A stretch of 64,000 bases of DNA from an uncultured Clostridia bacterium (GTDB lineage Bacteria > Bacillota > Clostridia > Oscillospirales > Ruminococcaceae). The stretch covers positions 33,335-97,334 of the forward strand of contig CANQUM010000004.1 in the NCBI GenBank assembly GCA_947627045.1, read 5' to 3'. A model generated the notes under the pieces. That model saw only the letters and a list, made by a program, of their open reading frames with translations, searched no databases and was not told where the DNA came from. Each line of letters opens with the position of its first letter. The first letter of the stretch is position 1. The position numbers and the translations under genes are program-made. Shown piece by piece: positions 38,203 through 48,188 of this stretch.

Positions 38203-38258
38203 ATTAGTAATTAGAAATTAGAAATTAGAGATTAGAGATTAGAAGTTAGAGATTAAAA
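38203..38258. repeat. Eight tandem copies of the heptamer ATTAGAR
   Basis: attagta attagaa attagaa attagag attagag attagaa gttagag attaaaa, read directly from the sequence. Intergenic, between degV and pgk. Confidence 0.9.
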
Positions 38259-38294
38259 GCAAGAAACAAGCAGTAATCTTTCCCACAAAGTATA

Positions 38295-38343
38295 AGCCGC
38301 CGTTTCTCAAACTGTAACATTTACCAATCTATTCAAAGGCGGC
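38295..38343. repeat. Dispersed fifth copy of the CCGCCGTTT...CAAAGGCGG repeat family
   Basis: agccgccgtttctcaaactgtaacatttaccaatctattcaaaggcggc. It shares ccgccgttt, tcaaact and aaaggcggc, with similar spacing, with the unit at 18932-18981. Confidence 0.6.
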
Positions 38344-39234
38344 AGAGCCACCGGCGTCATGCCGGGCGTCATTGCCCTTGAATATAACACCTACTACCTT
38401 AGGTCCTGCATTTATCGTTATTGCAGCACCTATCTGGTAAGAATCCTCAGGCGGATAGCCGACCTCTTTTGTCATAGCCTCAATCATTTCGTCTCTGACA
38501 GTTTCGTCATTGCCGTAAACAATACAGTAAGGCGTTTTAGGGATCATTTCTTTAACGGTCAGGTTAAGAATTTTAGGAACTATTGCCTTATCACCCCGAA
38601 CCTTGCTCTCAGTTGTAATTTGGTTGTCCATAATTCTCATTATGGGGCGAAGTCCCATAACCTCTCCCGCAAAAGCGGCAGCAGAAGGTATTCTGCCCGA
38701 TTTTCTTGCATACTTGAGAGTATACGGTGCAAAGAAAATAATACAGTTATCGACCCAGTCCTTGATATAAGCTGCGATCTCATCGGCAGGAGAACCATTG
38801 AGCGCCTTTATTGCACCCTGAACTACCGGATAGCCGTATCCTCCCGTATAGCCTCTGCCGTCTATATTATATATATGGAACTTATCCTTAGCCTGCGGAT
38901 TTTCCTCAAAAAATTCTGACGCCGCTAGAACTGCATTATTATAGGTTGCAGAACCTTTTGAATTAATTGTTACATTAATAATATCGGTGTAACCCTCATC
39001 GTAATACTTTTTAAAAGCCTCTGAATATTCAAAAGCTGTTATCTGAGAAGTGGCAGGAATACCGTCAAACTCATCGATCATTTTGTAAAACTTTTCGTTG
39101 TCGAAATCGACTCTTGAGGTATAGCTTTTATCACCCATTGCCACCTTAAAGGGCATTATAAGTATATCCAATTTCCTTTCGTTTTCAAACGATATGTCAG
39201 ACGCCGAATCGGTTATAAATTTAATTCTGTCCAT
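38329..39234 (-). CDS. DegV-family fatty-acid-binding protein
   Basis: MDRIKFITDSASD N-terminus is typical of DegV. The start is uncertain: an upstream in-frame ATG at 39261 sits only ~1 nt from an AGGAGG. The C-terminal ~14 aa are read from repeat DNA. Confidence 0.8.
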   Translation of the reverse strand: MDRIKFITDSASDISFENERKLDILIMPFKVAMGDKSYTSRVDFDNEKFYKMIDEFDGIPATSQITAFEYSEAFKKYYDEGYTDIINVTINSKGSATYNNAVLAASEFFEENPQAKDKFHIYNIDGRGYTGGYGYPVVQGAIKALNGSPADEIAAYIKDWVDNCIIFFAPYTLKYARKSGRIPSAAAFAGEVMGLRPIMRIMDNQITTESKVRGDKAIVPKILNLTVKEMIPKTPYCIVYGNDETVRDEMIEAMTKEVGYPPEDSYQIGAAITINAGPKVVGVIFKGNDARHDAGGSAAFE

Positions 39235-39303
39235 AGATACGATATGCTCCGTCAGGAACATTCCTCCTTGCTCATAAATTGTAAAACATAATCTTACAGC
39301 ATT

Positions 39304-39795
39304 TTACCAAGTATATTGTGTAAGTTTTCCCTCTCTTGTCAAATCGGGATAATCCCATTGTCTTAAAATCTCATAAGCTGCAATTGCAACAGCATTTGAA
39401 AGATTGAGACTTCTCAAATCAGACCTCATTGGGATTCTAACACAATGCTTTTTATTTTCATATAACAGTCTTTCGGGAAGCCCCTTATCCTCTCTGCCGA
39501 AAAGTATATAAACATTATCCTTGTATTCAACTTCACTGTATACGTTTTTTCCCTTTGTAGTGAAGTAATAATACTCGCCGTTTGTCTTTTCAAAAAACTC
39601 GTCTAAGCTGTTATACTCATATATTTCAAGCTTGTCCCAGTAATCCAGACCCGCTCTCTTTAACGCTCTGTCTGTTATTGTAAATCCATACGGCTTTACA
39701 AGGTGAAGTGCAGCACCTGTTACTGCACAAGTCCTTGAAACATTGCCCGTATTTTGAGGGATTTGCGGCTCTACCATTACTATGTTTAAATTCAT
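39304..39795 (-). CDS. trmL: tRNA (cytidine/uridine-2'-O)-methyltransferase TrmL (SpoU family)
   Basis: 163 aa. VEPQIPQNTGNVSRTC and the C-terminal LNLSNAVAI knot motif. Confidence 0.85.
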   Translation of the reverse strand: MNLNIVMVEPQIPQNTGNVSRTCAVTGAALHLVKPYGFTITDRALKRAGLDYWDKLEIYEYNSLDEFFEKTNGEYYYFTTKGKNVYSEVEYKDNVYILFGREDKGLPERLLYENKKHCVRIPMRSDLRSLNLSNAVAIAAYEILRQWDYPDLTREGKLTQYTW

Positions 39796-39811
39796 TTATG
39801 TCTATCCTTAC

Positions 39812-40744
39812 CTATAAAGCAATTCTCGGAAGATATGAAATTATATCCTCCTTCATTCTTATGCACTCTCTCCTTGCCGCGCCGGCATAGTCCTTTTCAT
39901 CGCACTCTTCTTTCTGATAAGCGCACATAACCGCTCTTGATGAGTTTACTATCGCACCAAGACCGTTAGCGTCAAAGCCGTGTGAAACACCCTCTGCTCC
40001 GCCTCCCTGAGCACCGTAACCGGGAACTAAGAAAAAGGTGTTAGGCAGCGCTCTTCTCATTTCAGCAAGCTGTTCGGGGTAGGTTGCACCTACAACTGCG
40101 CCCACAGAAGAATATCCGTGTTTGCCCATAGCATCTTTACCCCACTCTTCGCACATTTTTCCCATTTCTGAATATATAGTGTTTCCGTCTTTTAACTCTT
40201 TATCCTGAAGCTCTCCGCTTGATTTGTTTGATGTTTTAACAAGAACAAAAATTCCCTTATCTCTCTTAATGCACTCACTTAAAAGCGGAGCAATACCGTC
40301 TGTTCCCAAGTATCCGTTTACAGTCAGAGCGTCGGCGCCAAAAGGCTCGAAAGCCTCGCCGTCAACAAATACTTCGCCTAAATGAGCAAGAGCATATGCC
40401 TGCATTGTTGCGCCTATGTCATTTCTCTTTCCGTCAGTGATAACAAACATACCTTTTTTCTTAGCGTATTGAATTGTTTTATATAGAGTTTTAACACCCT
40501 CATATCCGTACATTTCATAGTACGCTGCCTGCGGCTTTATTGCAGGAACTATATCGCATATCTCATCAATAATTCCCTTGTTAAAAGATAAAACAGCTTT
40601 TGCAGCTCCCTTCAGGTTCTTACCATATTTTTTAAAAGCCTTTTTCTTTAAAAAGTCGGGAACATAATCAAGCTTTGGATCAAGTCCGACAACAGTCGGA
40701 TTTTGCGTCTTTACGATTTTTTCAATAAGTCTGTCAAATGACAT
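39812..40744 (-). CDS. pyrF: Orotidine-5'-phosphate decarboxylase (long type 2)
   Basis: 310 aa. VVGLDPKLDY, DGKRNDIGATM. Confidence 0.85.
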   Translation of the reverse strand: MSFDRLIEKIVKTQNPTVVGLDPKLDYVPDFLKKKAFKKYGKNLKGAAKAVLSFNKGIIDEICDIVPAIKPQAAYYEMYGYEGVKTLYKTIQYAKKKGMFVITDGKRNDIGATMQAYALAHLGEVFVDGEAFEPFGADALTVNGYLGTDGIAPLLSECIKRDKGIFVLVKTSNKSSGELQDKELKDGNTIYSEMGKMCEEWGKDAMGKHGYSSVGAVVGATYPEQLAEMRRALPNTFFLVPGYGAQGGGAEGVSHGFDANGLGAIVNSSRAVMCAYQKEECDEKDYAGAARRECIRMKEDIISYLPRIAL

Positions 40745-40787
40745 AATATATCAATACTCCGTTTTGGAATATTTCCTCCCTCCGATG

Positions 40788-42059
40788 TTATTTATTTTCA
40801 AAAACTACTTCGCCTTTTGAAATTGTATATAAAACCTTTCCTTTCAGCTTTTCGCCCTTGAATACGCTGTTCTTTGATTTTGAATGTAGCTTTTCCTTTT
40901 CGACGACCCATTCCAAATTCGGGTCGAAAACGGTTATATCAGCAACACTGCCCCCAGTCAAGGAGACCGGCTCAAGTCCTAAGATCCTTCTCGGATTTTC
41001 ACTCATAAGTTTCTGTATTTTATAAAGCGGTAAAAGTCCCGTATGATAAAGCCTTGTAAGCGTTGCCGCAAGAGATGTCTCAAGACCCACAACTCCGTTG
41101 GGTGCAGTGTAAAAATCAGCCTTATCCTCCTCGCTGTGAGGTGCGTGATCTGTAATAATACAGTCTATAGTTCCGTCGCAGACAGCTCTTTCAACAGCTT
41201 TTCTGTCCTCCTCCGTCCTCAATGGAGGGCTCATACGGTAATCAGCGTCTTTTTTGTAAAGCTTTTCATCAGTGAAAGTAAAATAGTGTGGTGCTGTTTC
41301 ACAGGTAACCTTTACACCGTCAGCCTTTGCCGCACGAATAATATTGCAGGAACCAGCTGTCGACACATGAGCAATATGAACATGAGCGTCCATACTCATA
41401 GCCAGCGCTATCTCCCTAGCTGTAATGTAATCCTCACTTGCTCTGTCCATTCCCCTAACGCCGAGAGCTTTTGATACCTTTCCCTTGTTGATTATACCGC
41501 CGTTTATAATGTTTAAATCCTCGCAGTGAGATATAACTGTTACGCCTGCTTTCTTAGATAATTCCAAAGCCTTTCGCATAAGCTCTGCATTTTCAACGGG
41601 ACGTCCGTCATCAGAAAACGCAGCAGCGCCTGCTCTTTTCAGCTCGCTGAAATCGGTAAGTTCTTTGCCTTTCATACCCTTACTTACACAAGCTATAGGC
41701 AAAATGTCTATTCCCGTTAATAAAGACTTTTCCTTTACATAGCTTAATGCATCTACAGAGTCTATCGGAGGTATAGTATTAGGCATACAGGCAACACCTG
41801 TAAAGCCTCCGGCTTTAGCAGCCTCAGCACCTGTTATAATATCCTCTTTATAGGTAAGACCCGGATCACGAAAATGAACGTGCATATCAAAAAGACCGGG
41901 AAACGCAACAAGCTTTCCCATACCGTCTATTATCCTGTCTGCTTTGAAATCAAGGTCTGTTCCAACATCTTTTATTACACTGTTTTCAATAGCTATATCG
42001 ACTGTTTTTTCCTTATCGCAGTCATTTGCAATAACAACTCTTTTTAGCAGTAATTTCAA
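40788..42059 (-). CDS. pyrC: Dihydroorotase
   Basis: 423 aa. FDMHVHFRDPG metal-binding motif, DHAPH. Confidence 0.9.
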   Translation of the reverse strand: MKLLLKRVVIANDCDKEKTVDIAIENSVIKDVGTDLDFKADRIIDGMGKLVAFPGLFDMHVHFRDPGLTYKEDIITGAEAAKAGGFTGVACMPNTIPPIDSVDALSYVKEKSLLTGIDILPIACVSKGMKGKELTDFSELKRAGAAAFSDDGRPVENAELMRKALELSKKAGVTVISHCEDLNIINGGIINKGKVSKALGVRGMDRASEDYITAREIALAMSMDAHVHIAHVSTAGSCNIIRAAKADGVKVTCETAPHYFTFTDEKLYKKDADYRMSPPLRTEEDRKAVERAVCDGTIDCIITDHAPHSEEDKADFYTAPNGVVGLETSLAATLTRLYHTGLLPLYKIQKLMSENPRRILGLEPVSLTGGSVADITVFDPNLEWVVEKEKLHSKSKNSVFKGEKLKGKVLYTISKGEVVFENK

Positions 42060-42079
42060 TGGCGTCCCTCACACTATTT

Positions 42080-42535
42080 TTATTGTTTTTTGCTCTTTTT
42101 AATTTTTTTCATTACAGTCTCATATACGGTTTTATTCTTAGATGTATTTCCTGACCTATCAAGTGCTGTCACCAAATCAACAACGTCAAGCGAAGTATTT
42201 ACACCCGAATCAGTAATATACTTCAAAATAGACTCCATATTGACATACTTTGAATCTGTATTCATTTCGTCCCAGTCTTTCATTGTAAGCTGTAAATATG
42301 ACTGGGTTTGCGTAGCTTCTTCACTTTCAGACTGAGTTGACGGCTGTGTTTCTCCTGTCTGCTCTTCAACAGAGGATTCATCTGTCTGATTTGATTCTGT
42401 TCCAGCCTCTCCTAAAGGCGACAGCGTAGTAGTTGTCATCGGCGTCTGAACAGAACTGCTCTCGACCTCCTCACAGGCGCATAACATACTCGCACACAAT
42501 GTAAGTGCTAAAATTCCGCTGATAATCTTTTTCAT
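42080..42535 (-). CDS. Hypothetical lipoprotein with a Ser/Thr/Glu-rich linker
   Basis: MKKIISGILALTLCASMLCAC lipobox after a GAAAGGTGG RBS. Low-complexity acidic linker, then a small globular C-terminus. Confidence 0.6.
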   Translation of the reverse strand: MKKIISGILALTLCASMLCACEEVESSSVQTPMTTTTLSPLGEAGTESNQTDESSVEEQTGETQPSTQSESEEATQTQSYLQLTMKDWDEMNTDSKYVNMESILKYITDSGVNTSLDVVDLVTALDRSGNTSKNKTVYETVMKKIKKSKKQ

Positions 42536-42619
42536 AATAAATCCACCTTTCAAATTATGAAACGCTCATATAAAGGCATTTCCTATTTCCTTATTATGTT
42601 TTATCCGCTAAATAATTAT

Positions 42620-44287
42620 TTATTTCTTTATCTCTAAAATGGCTCCCCTGTTTCCTGAAGTTACTAATGACGCATACCTTGCTAAATAACCTGTAGTAAT
42701 TTTAGGCTCTCTAGGCTTCCACTGAGCCTTTCTGTTCTGCATTTCTTCATCGCTGATCTGAACATTAATCTTGTTTGCAGGAATATCAATAGAAATTATA
42801 TCCCCCTCTTTTACAAATGCAATAGGTCCGCCTACTGCCGCTTCTGGTGAAACGTGTCCGATCGCAGCACCTCTTGTAGCACCCGAGAATCTGCCGTCTG
42901 TAATAAGAGCAACGCTTTCACCTAAGCCCATTCCCATTATTGCAGACGTGGGGTTGAGCATCTCTCTCATTCCCGGACCACCCTTCGGTCCTTCATATCG
43001 GATAACAACAACATCACCCGGATTTATCTCTCCTCCCAAAATAGCGTTCATAGCGTCCTCTTCACAGTCAAACACCCTTGCAGGACCTGAATGTGAAAGC
43101 ATCTCAGGCGCCACCGCCGAACGCTTTACAACACAGCTGTCAGGAGCTAAATTACCTCTTAAGACAGCAATACCTCCGGTTTTAGAATAAGGATTATCAA
43201 TATCCCTGATAACATTTGTGTTTTTATTTTTGCAGCCCTTGATATTTTCCCCAACTGTTTTTCCTGTACAGGTAATACAGTCAGTGTTAAGAAGATCTTT
43301 CTTTGAAAGCTCGTTCATAAGTGCATATACTCCGCCTGCTTCATTAAGCTGTTCCATATAGGTATTACCCGCAGGTGCAAGGTGGCAAAGATTAGGCGTT
43401 CTATCACTGATTTCATTTGCTATATCTAAGTTCAGTTCTATTCCGCACTCGTGAGCAATAGCAGGAAGGTGAAGCATTGAATTTGTCGAACAACCCAGAG
43501 CCATATCGCAGGCAAGAGCATTCATAAATGCCTTTTCGGTCATTATATCTCTTGGCTTTATATCCTTTTTCAAAAGCTCCATAATCTGCATTCCTGCGTG
43601 CTTTGCAAGTTCAATTCTCTCTGAATATACTGCAGGAATAGTTCCGTTGCCTTTAAGTCCCATTCCCAGAACCTCTGTAAGACAGTTCATCGAATTTGCC
43701 GTATACATTCCCGAACACGAACCGCAGGTAGGACAGCCGTGTCTTTCATATTCCTCTAGCTTATCTTCACCGATCTTGCCTGCATTAAATTCACCCACAG
43801 CTTCTGAAATGCTTGAAAAGCTGGTCATCTTTCCGTCTACATGACCTGCAAGCATTGGGCCTCCCGAAACGAAAATAGTAGGTATATTGACCCTTGCAGC
43901 AGCCATTAAAAGTCCGGGAACATTCTTATCGCAGTTTGGTACCATAACAAGTGCGTCAAAAGCATGAGCAACTGCCATCGCTTCAGTCGAATCAGCAATA
44001 AGATCACGGGTTACAAGACTGTACTTCATTCCCTGATGACCCATAGCAATCCCATCGCATACGGCAATCGCAGGAAACACTATAGGAGTTCCTCCTGCCA
44101 TTGCAACTCCTAGCTTTACAGCATCAACTATTTTGTCAATATTCATATGACCGGGTACTATCTCATTATATGATGACACAATACCGACCAGCGGACGGTT
44201 TATTTCCTCTTTAGTAAGACCCAGTGCATGATATAATGCACGGTGCGGAGCGTTATTTGCTCCTTCTTTTATTTTACAGCTTTTCAT
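42620..44287 (-). CDS. ilvD: Dihydroxy-acid dehydratase
   Basis: 555 aa. [22 protein letters not shown]. Confidence 0.95.
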   Translation of the reverse strand: MKSCKIKEGANNAPHRALYHALGLTKEEINRPLVGIVSSYNEIVPGHMNIDKIVDAVKLGVAMAGGTPIVFPAIAVCDGIAMGHQGMKYSLVTRDLIADSTEAMAVAHAFDALVMVPNCDKNVPGLLMAAARVNIPTIFVSGGPMLAGHVDGKMTSFSSISEAVGEFNAGKIGEDKLEEYERHGCPTCGSCSGMYTANSMNCLTEVLGMGLKGNGTIPAVYSERIELAKHAGMQIMELLKKDIKPRDIMTEKAFMNALACDMALGCSTNSMLHLPAIAHECGIELNLDIANEISDRTPNLCHLAPAGNTYMEQLNEAGGVYALMNELSKKDLLNTDCITCTGKTVGENIKGCKNKNTNVIRDIDNPYSKTGGIAVLRGNLAPDSCVVKRSAVAPEMLSHSGPARVFDCEEDAMNAILGGEINPGDVVVIRYEGPKGGPGMREMLNPTSAIMGMGLGESVALITDGRFSGATRGAAIGHVSPEAAVGGPIAFVKEGDIISIDIPANKINVQISDEEMQNRKAQWKPREPKITTGYLARYASLVTSGNRGAILEIKK

Positions 44288-44807
44288 TTTTTGATTTCTC
44301 CTTATTAATAAATTTGTTTATTTCTTTTATAATATCCTTTACCACCGAATAAACAGAAGCCCCGCCGCTTACGGTTATCACGCTGTTCTTTTTGTACAGC
44401 TTTTTTCTTTTATCAAAGAGTTTTTTTAATTCCTCTCTTTTTGAATTGTAAGCTAACGGTCTGTTTTTGTCCCCCTTGATTCGCCTATAGCATACTGAAA
44501 ACTTCGTATCAATAAATATCGGTATTCCAAACTTCTTTGCAGCAAGTCCGTTTTCCTCACGTAAAAGTGCTCCGCCGCCTGTCGCTATAACAGCGTTTTT
44601 ATACCTAAACCTCTTTAGCGTTTCTGTTTCCAGATTTCTGAAATACTCTTCACCGTCGGTCTCAAATATTTCGCTTATGCTCCTGCCCTCTTTCTTTTCT
44701 ATGTAATCATCCATATCAATAAAACTGACCTTTAATGCACAAGCAAGCCTTTTGCCGACAGTTGATTTTCCGCAGCCCATAAAGCCGCAGAGAAATATTG
44801 GTTTCAT
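44274..44807 (-). CDS. aroK: Shikimate kinase
   Basis: 177 aa. Walker [19 protein letters not shown]. Confidence 0.85.
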   Translation of the reverse strand: MKPIFLCGFMGCGKSTVGKRLACALKVSFIDMDDYIEKKEGRSISEIFETDGEEYFRNLETETLKRFRYKNAVIATGGGALLREENGLAAKKFGIPIFIDTKFSVCYRRIKGDKNRPLAYNSKREELKKLFDKRKKLYKKNSVITVSGGASVYSVVKDIIKEINKFINKEKSKNEKL

Positions 44808-44881
44808 ATTATAATTTCGTTCCTTTAGATATATTTTTAATCAGCTTTCACTAAATAGTAATCAATCAGAATTATACCTTT

Positions 44882-45730
44882 TTACTTAAAATCTTTCTTG
44901 ACCGTTTCGTTCATCTCTTTGATTATATCATTTACTTCGTCAATTGTATATTCATCGCCGTCCCAAATTCTATGGGCAGACACAGCCTGCCATACAAGCA
45001 TTGCCATTCCGCCGACTGCTTTTTTACCCATTTCCCTTGCCTTTCTCAAAAGCAATGTCTCTTCGGGATTGTATATAATATCAAAAACTGCGTCGCATTT
45101 TTTAATCACTTCATCAGGCACGGGACAACCCTCAACCTTTGGATACATTCCCACTGGACAGGCGTTTACAAGTAAATCATAACGCTTGCTCGTATCAATC
45201 TGTGTGTTCAAAACTATATTGATTTCAGCGTCAGCCTTTTTTGACTTTATCTCCTTTTCAACCTGAACTGCAAGAGGTATATCAGACTCTAAAACCGCAA
45301 TATTTAATTTAGCTCCTGCCAGTGCCGACTCAATAGCTATCATTCGTCCTGCTCCGCCGCAGCCGATAAGCAACACCTCTCCTGACAGCTTTGCACCCAT
45401 TGAACGTACAGTTTCCAAAAAGCCGTCGCAGTCAGTATTATAGCCAGTTGTAACCCCATTTTTATTGTCAACGCAGTTTACCGAATTATACCTTTTTGCA
45501 GATTCATCGAGCCTGTCAACGTAATCTATAATCGCTACCTTGTGAGGTATTGTGATATTATAACCAGCCATAGAATTAAGCTCTTCTGCAGTTGATTTCA
45601 AATTCTCCGGGCTTATCTCCATAACTTTGTATTCAAATTCACGGTCTCTGAGCTCAAAAAGTCTTTTGTGAATAGGCGGAGACATCGTATGCTTTAATGT
45701 CTCGCCTAGAATACAGTATTTGCGTTTCAT
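44882..45730 (-). CDS. aroE: Shikimate dehydrogenase
   Basis: 282 aa. NITIPHK, GYNTDCDGF, GCGGAGR. Confidence 0.85.
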   Translation of the reverse strand: MKRKYCILGETLKHTMSPPIHKRLFELRDREFEYKVMEISPENLKSTAEELNSMAGYNITIPHKVAIIDYVDRLDESAKRYNSVNCVDNKNGVTTGYNTDCDGFLETVRSMGAKLSGEVLLIGCGGAGRMIAIESALAGAKLNIAVLESDIPLAVQVEKEIKSKKADAEINIVLNTQIDTSKRYDLLVNACPVGMYPKVEGCPVPDEVIKKCDAVFDIIYNPEETLLLRKAREMGKKAVGGMAMLVWQAVSAHRIWDGDEYTIDEVNDIIKEMNETVKKDFK

Positions 45731-45759
45731 ATCCTATGTATTAGTCCTTTCATATGTAA

Positions 45760-46242
45760 TCATAGTTTAATCTCAATGATTCTTGAGGTCGGTGAATACT
45801 TAGTGTACTTCACTCCTGCCATATCAAACATTCTTTTCGAGGCTTTCACTTCATTAGAATCAGCATATTTATCTTCCATATATATGACCTCTTTTATTCC
45901 GCTCTGAATTATTGCCTTTGCACATTCATTGCATGGGAATAGCGACACATATATTTTAGAGTTCTTTACAGTGCCCGTTGAACTGTTTAAAATAGCATTC
46001 AGCTCGGCATGGCAAACAAACGGATATTTTGTATCAAGAGTGCTCTCACCCTCTCTTGCCCAAGGCATTTCATCATCATTACAGCCTGTAGGCATACCGT
46101 TATATCCGACCGAAAGTATCTTGTTTTCATTGGATACTATACACGCTCCAACCTGTGTGTTTGAATCCTTAGAGCGCTGTGCCGAAAACAAGGCTATACC
46201 CATAAAATACTCGTCCCATGAAATATAGTCTTTTCTTTTCAT
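45760..46242 (-). CDS. comEB: dCMP deaminase (ComEB-type)
   Basis: HAELNAI and PCNECAKAI zinc motifs. Start set at the ATG ([14 protein letters not shown]) rather than the upstream GTG. Confidence 0.85.
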   Translation of the reverse strand: MKRKDYISWDEYFMGIALFSAQRSKDSNTQVGACIVSNENKILSVGYNGMPTGCNDDEMPWAREGESTLDTKYPFVCHAELNAILNSSTGTVKNSKIYVSLFPCNECAKAIIQSGIKEVIYMEDKYADSNEVKASKRMFDMAGVKYTKYSPTSRIIEIKL

Positions 46243-46247
46243 AGCTA

Positions 46248-46400
46248 TCACTCCTGCTCGACCTCTCCTGACGGCTTTGCCATTTCACCGTTTGGTTTTT
46301 TAACGTCATCTGTTTCTTCTATTTCAAGTCCAAGCTCTTCAAAAAGCCTGTCAAACTCAGCTTCAGATTCAATTTTATCTTTAGTGTTAAATAGTCCCAT
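46248..46400 (-). CDS. Candidate 50-aa acidic small protein, function unknown
   Basis: Manual translation [59 protein letters not shown] upstream. The stop lies 5 nt before the comEB ATG. Confidence 0.35.
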   Translation of the reverse strand: MGLFNTKDKIESEAEFDRLFEELGLEIEETDDVKKPNGEMAKPSGEVEQE

Positions 46401-46425
46401 AACAGTCTTTGCTCCTTATGATTAT

Positions 46426-47391
46426 CTATTTCTGATTTTTCTTTGCAGGTCCTAAAAATGCCGCACCTATAAGTCCTGCGTTATTGCCAAGCTTTGCTAT
46501 AACTATCTCTGTGTTTTTTGACGAATTTCTTGTGTAAACTTCCCTCTCTACAATCTCTTTCATCGGCACAAGAAGTGGGTCTCCCTCGTTGCAGACGCCT
46601 CCGCCGATACAAAGTATATCAGGCTGAAAAATATTTATTGTATTTGTTATTCCTGCAGCTAAATACTTTATATATTTATCTACGACCTCTTTTGCCGTCT
46701 TATCCCCTTTTCTCATTGCCTCAAATGCCAGCCTTGCACTTACTTTGCCGTATTCCTCAGCCATTTTGTGCATTATGCTGTCTGTGTTTCTGTCCATAGC
46801 CTCTTGGGTCATTCTAACAAGACCCGTCGCCGATGAGAATACCTCAAAACATCCTTTTCTTCCACAGGTACACTGAGGTCCGTCTACATCTATTACCATA
46901 TGACCTATTTCTGCGCCTGCGTAGTTAAAGCCCGAATATATCTTTCCGTCTATAATTATTCCTCCGCCTACTCCTGTGCCTAAAGTTATACATACAGCGT
47001 CTTTAGCGCCCTTTGCAGCACCTGCAACATATTCTCCGTATGCCGCAGCATTAGCGTCGTTTTCTATATATACAGGAAGATTCAGCTTCTGCCTGAACAT
47101 CTTCTCCATCTCAACATTTTCAAAACCCAGATTGCATGAGTACTCAATCACCCCGCTGTCTGAATTTGCAATACCCGGAGTTCCTATTCCGACTCTTTCA
47201 ATATCGTCTATGCTAAGCCCTGCTGATTCTATCGCACCTTTGGTTACCGATACCATATCGTTGCATATTTCCCTCGCAGGACGAGGCAAGTTAGTCTTTG
47301 TCTTAGCTAAAGATACTATTTCAAAGTCCTCATTTATAACACCGGCGGCTATATTTGTTCCGCCGAGATCTATTCCAACATAATACTTCAT
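46426..47391 (-). CDS. glcK: ROK-family glucokinase
   Basis: 321 aa. GIDLGGTNIAAG and the zinc motif CTCGRKGCFE. Confidence 0.85.
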   Translation of the reverse strand: MKYYVGIDLGGTNIAAGVINEDFEIVSLAKTKTNLPRPAREICNDMVSVTKGAIESAGLSIDDIERVGIGTPGIANSDSGVIEYSCNLGFENVEMEKMFRQKLNLPVYIENDANAAAYGEYVAGAAKGAKDAVCITLGTGVGGGIIIDGKIYSGFNYAGAEIGHMVIDVDGPQCTCGRKGCFEVFSSATGLVRMTQEAMDRNTDSIMHKMAEEYGKVSARLAFEAMRKGDKTAKEVVDKYIKYLAAGITNTINIFQPDILCIGGGVCNEGDPLLVPMKEIVEREVYTRNSSKNTEIVIAKLGNNAGLIGAAFLGPAKKNQK

Positions 47392-47489
47392 CTATTTAAT
47401 TCTCCTGAACTTTTATCATCATACTTATACATAGTGTATAATATCATATTATGCCATTAAAGTCAAATTCAATACGGTATGAGTGTCTT

Positions 47490-47825
47490 TCATCTCTTCG
47501 GTATGTAAACAGTCAGTTTTTTATTATTCTGTATGCAAAAATCTATGACATATTTTGTACCGTGCGATTTACCGTCCCAAAAAGCAATTACTTTATCACT
47601 GTAATCTACAATCAGATTATTGCGGATAAGCGGTGCTTTTCTACCATACTTTTTATACTCAGGCAAAAATTCCGTCAGTATCAGCTTGTTGTGAAATGCG
47701 TATTCCTTTGCACAGGTGTCAACTCCTTTTGCACCTCCCGATACAATTTCCGTTGTGTTTTCAGGCAGATACCTTTCTAAGTTTTTAACTCTTAAACTTC
47801 TTGAACCTATTACGGCAACTTTCAT
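47490..47825 (-). CDS. SLOG-superfamily (DUF2493/DprA-like Rossmann) small protein
   Basis: 111 aa from the ATG after an AGGAGG RBS. MKVAVIGSRSL...IVSGGAKGVD...VIAFWDGKSHGT is the pattern I associate with DUF2493/SLOG. Confidence 0.55.
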   Translation of the reverse strand: MKVAVIGSRSLRVKNLERYLPENTTEIVSGGAKGVDTCAKEYAFHNKLILTEFLPEYKKYGRKAPLIRNNLIVDYSDKVIAFWDGKSHGTKYVIDFCIQNNKKLTVYIPKR

Positions 47826-47911
47826 ATTACAAATCCTCCTAATAATTGTGTTAATAACTTCTATAAAAATTAGTATACTTAAAATAAGTATACCTTTAAC
47901 ATTATAACACA

Positions 47912-47947
47912 AAATAATCTTAAAATATACTTAAATTAAGATTATTT
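47912..47947. promoter_or_regulatory. Perfect 12-bp inverted repeat (candidate operator) in the divergent SLOG / RHH-XRE intergenic region
   Basis: AAATAATCTTAA (47912-47923), 12 nt, TTAAGATTATTT (47936-47947). Ends just before the RHH gene RBS. A second palindrome, AGTATACTT-AAAAT-AAGTATAC, lies at 47872-47893. Confidence 0.45.
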
Positions 47948-47958
47948 TGAGGTGGATT

Positions 47959-48147
47959 ATGAGAAACAAGAAAAATAAGCATTTAGGAATAGAAATTGAT
48001 CCGGAATTACATTATAAACTGCATTATATTTCTAAATACGAAGGTCGCTCAGCCAATGGGCAAATTTTATATCTGATAAGAAAATGCGTTAAAGAATTTG
48101 AGACTGCCGAAGGTGAAATAAAAGTTGAGATTGAAAACAATAAGTAA
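47959..48147 (+). CDS. Ribbon-helix-helix (Arc/CopG-like) small DNA-binding protein
   Basis: 62 aa. KHLGIEIDPELHYKLHYISKYEGRSANGQILYLIRK fits a beta-strand/helix/helix RHH layout. GAGGTGG RBS. Confidence 0.5.
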   Translation: MRNKKNKHLGIEIDPELHYKLHYISKYEGRSANGQILYLIRKCVKEFETAEGEIKVEIENNK

Positions 48148-48188
48148 TTATATAAGCTTTATTTATATTAATTAATGGGGTATTAATT

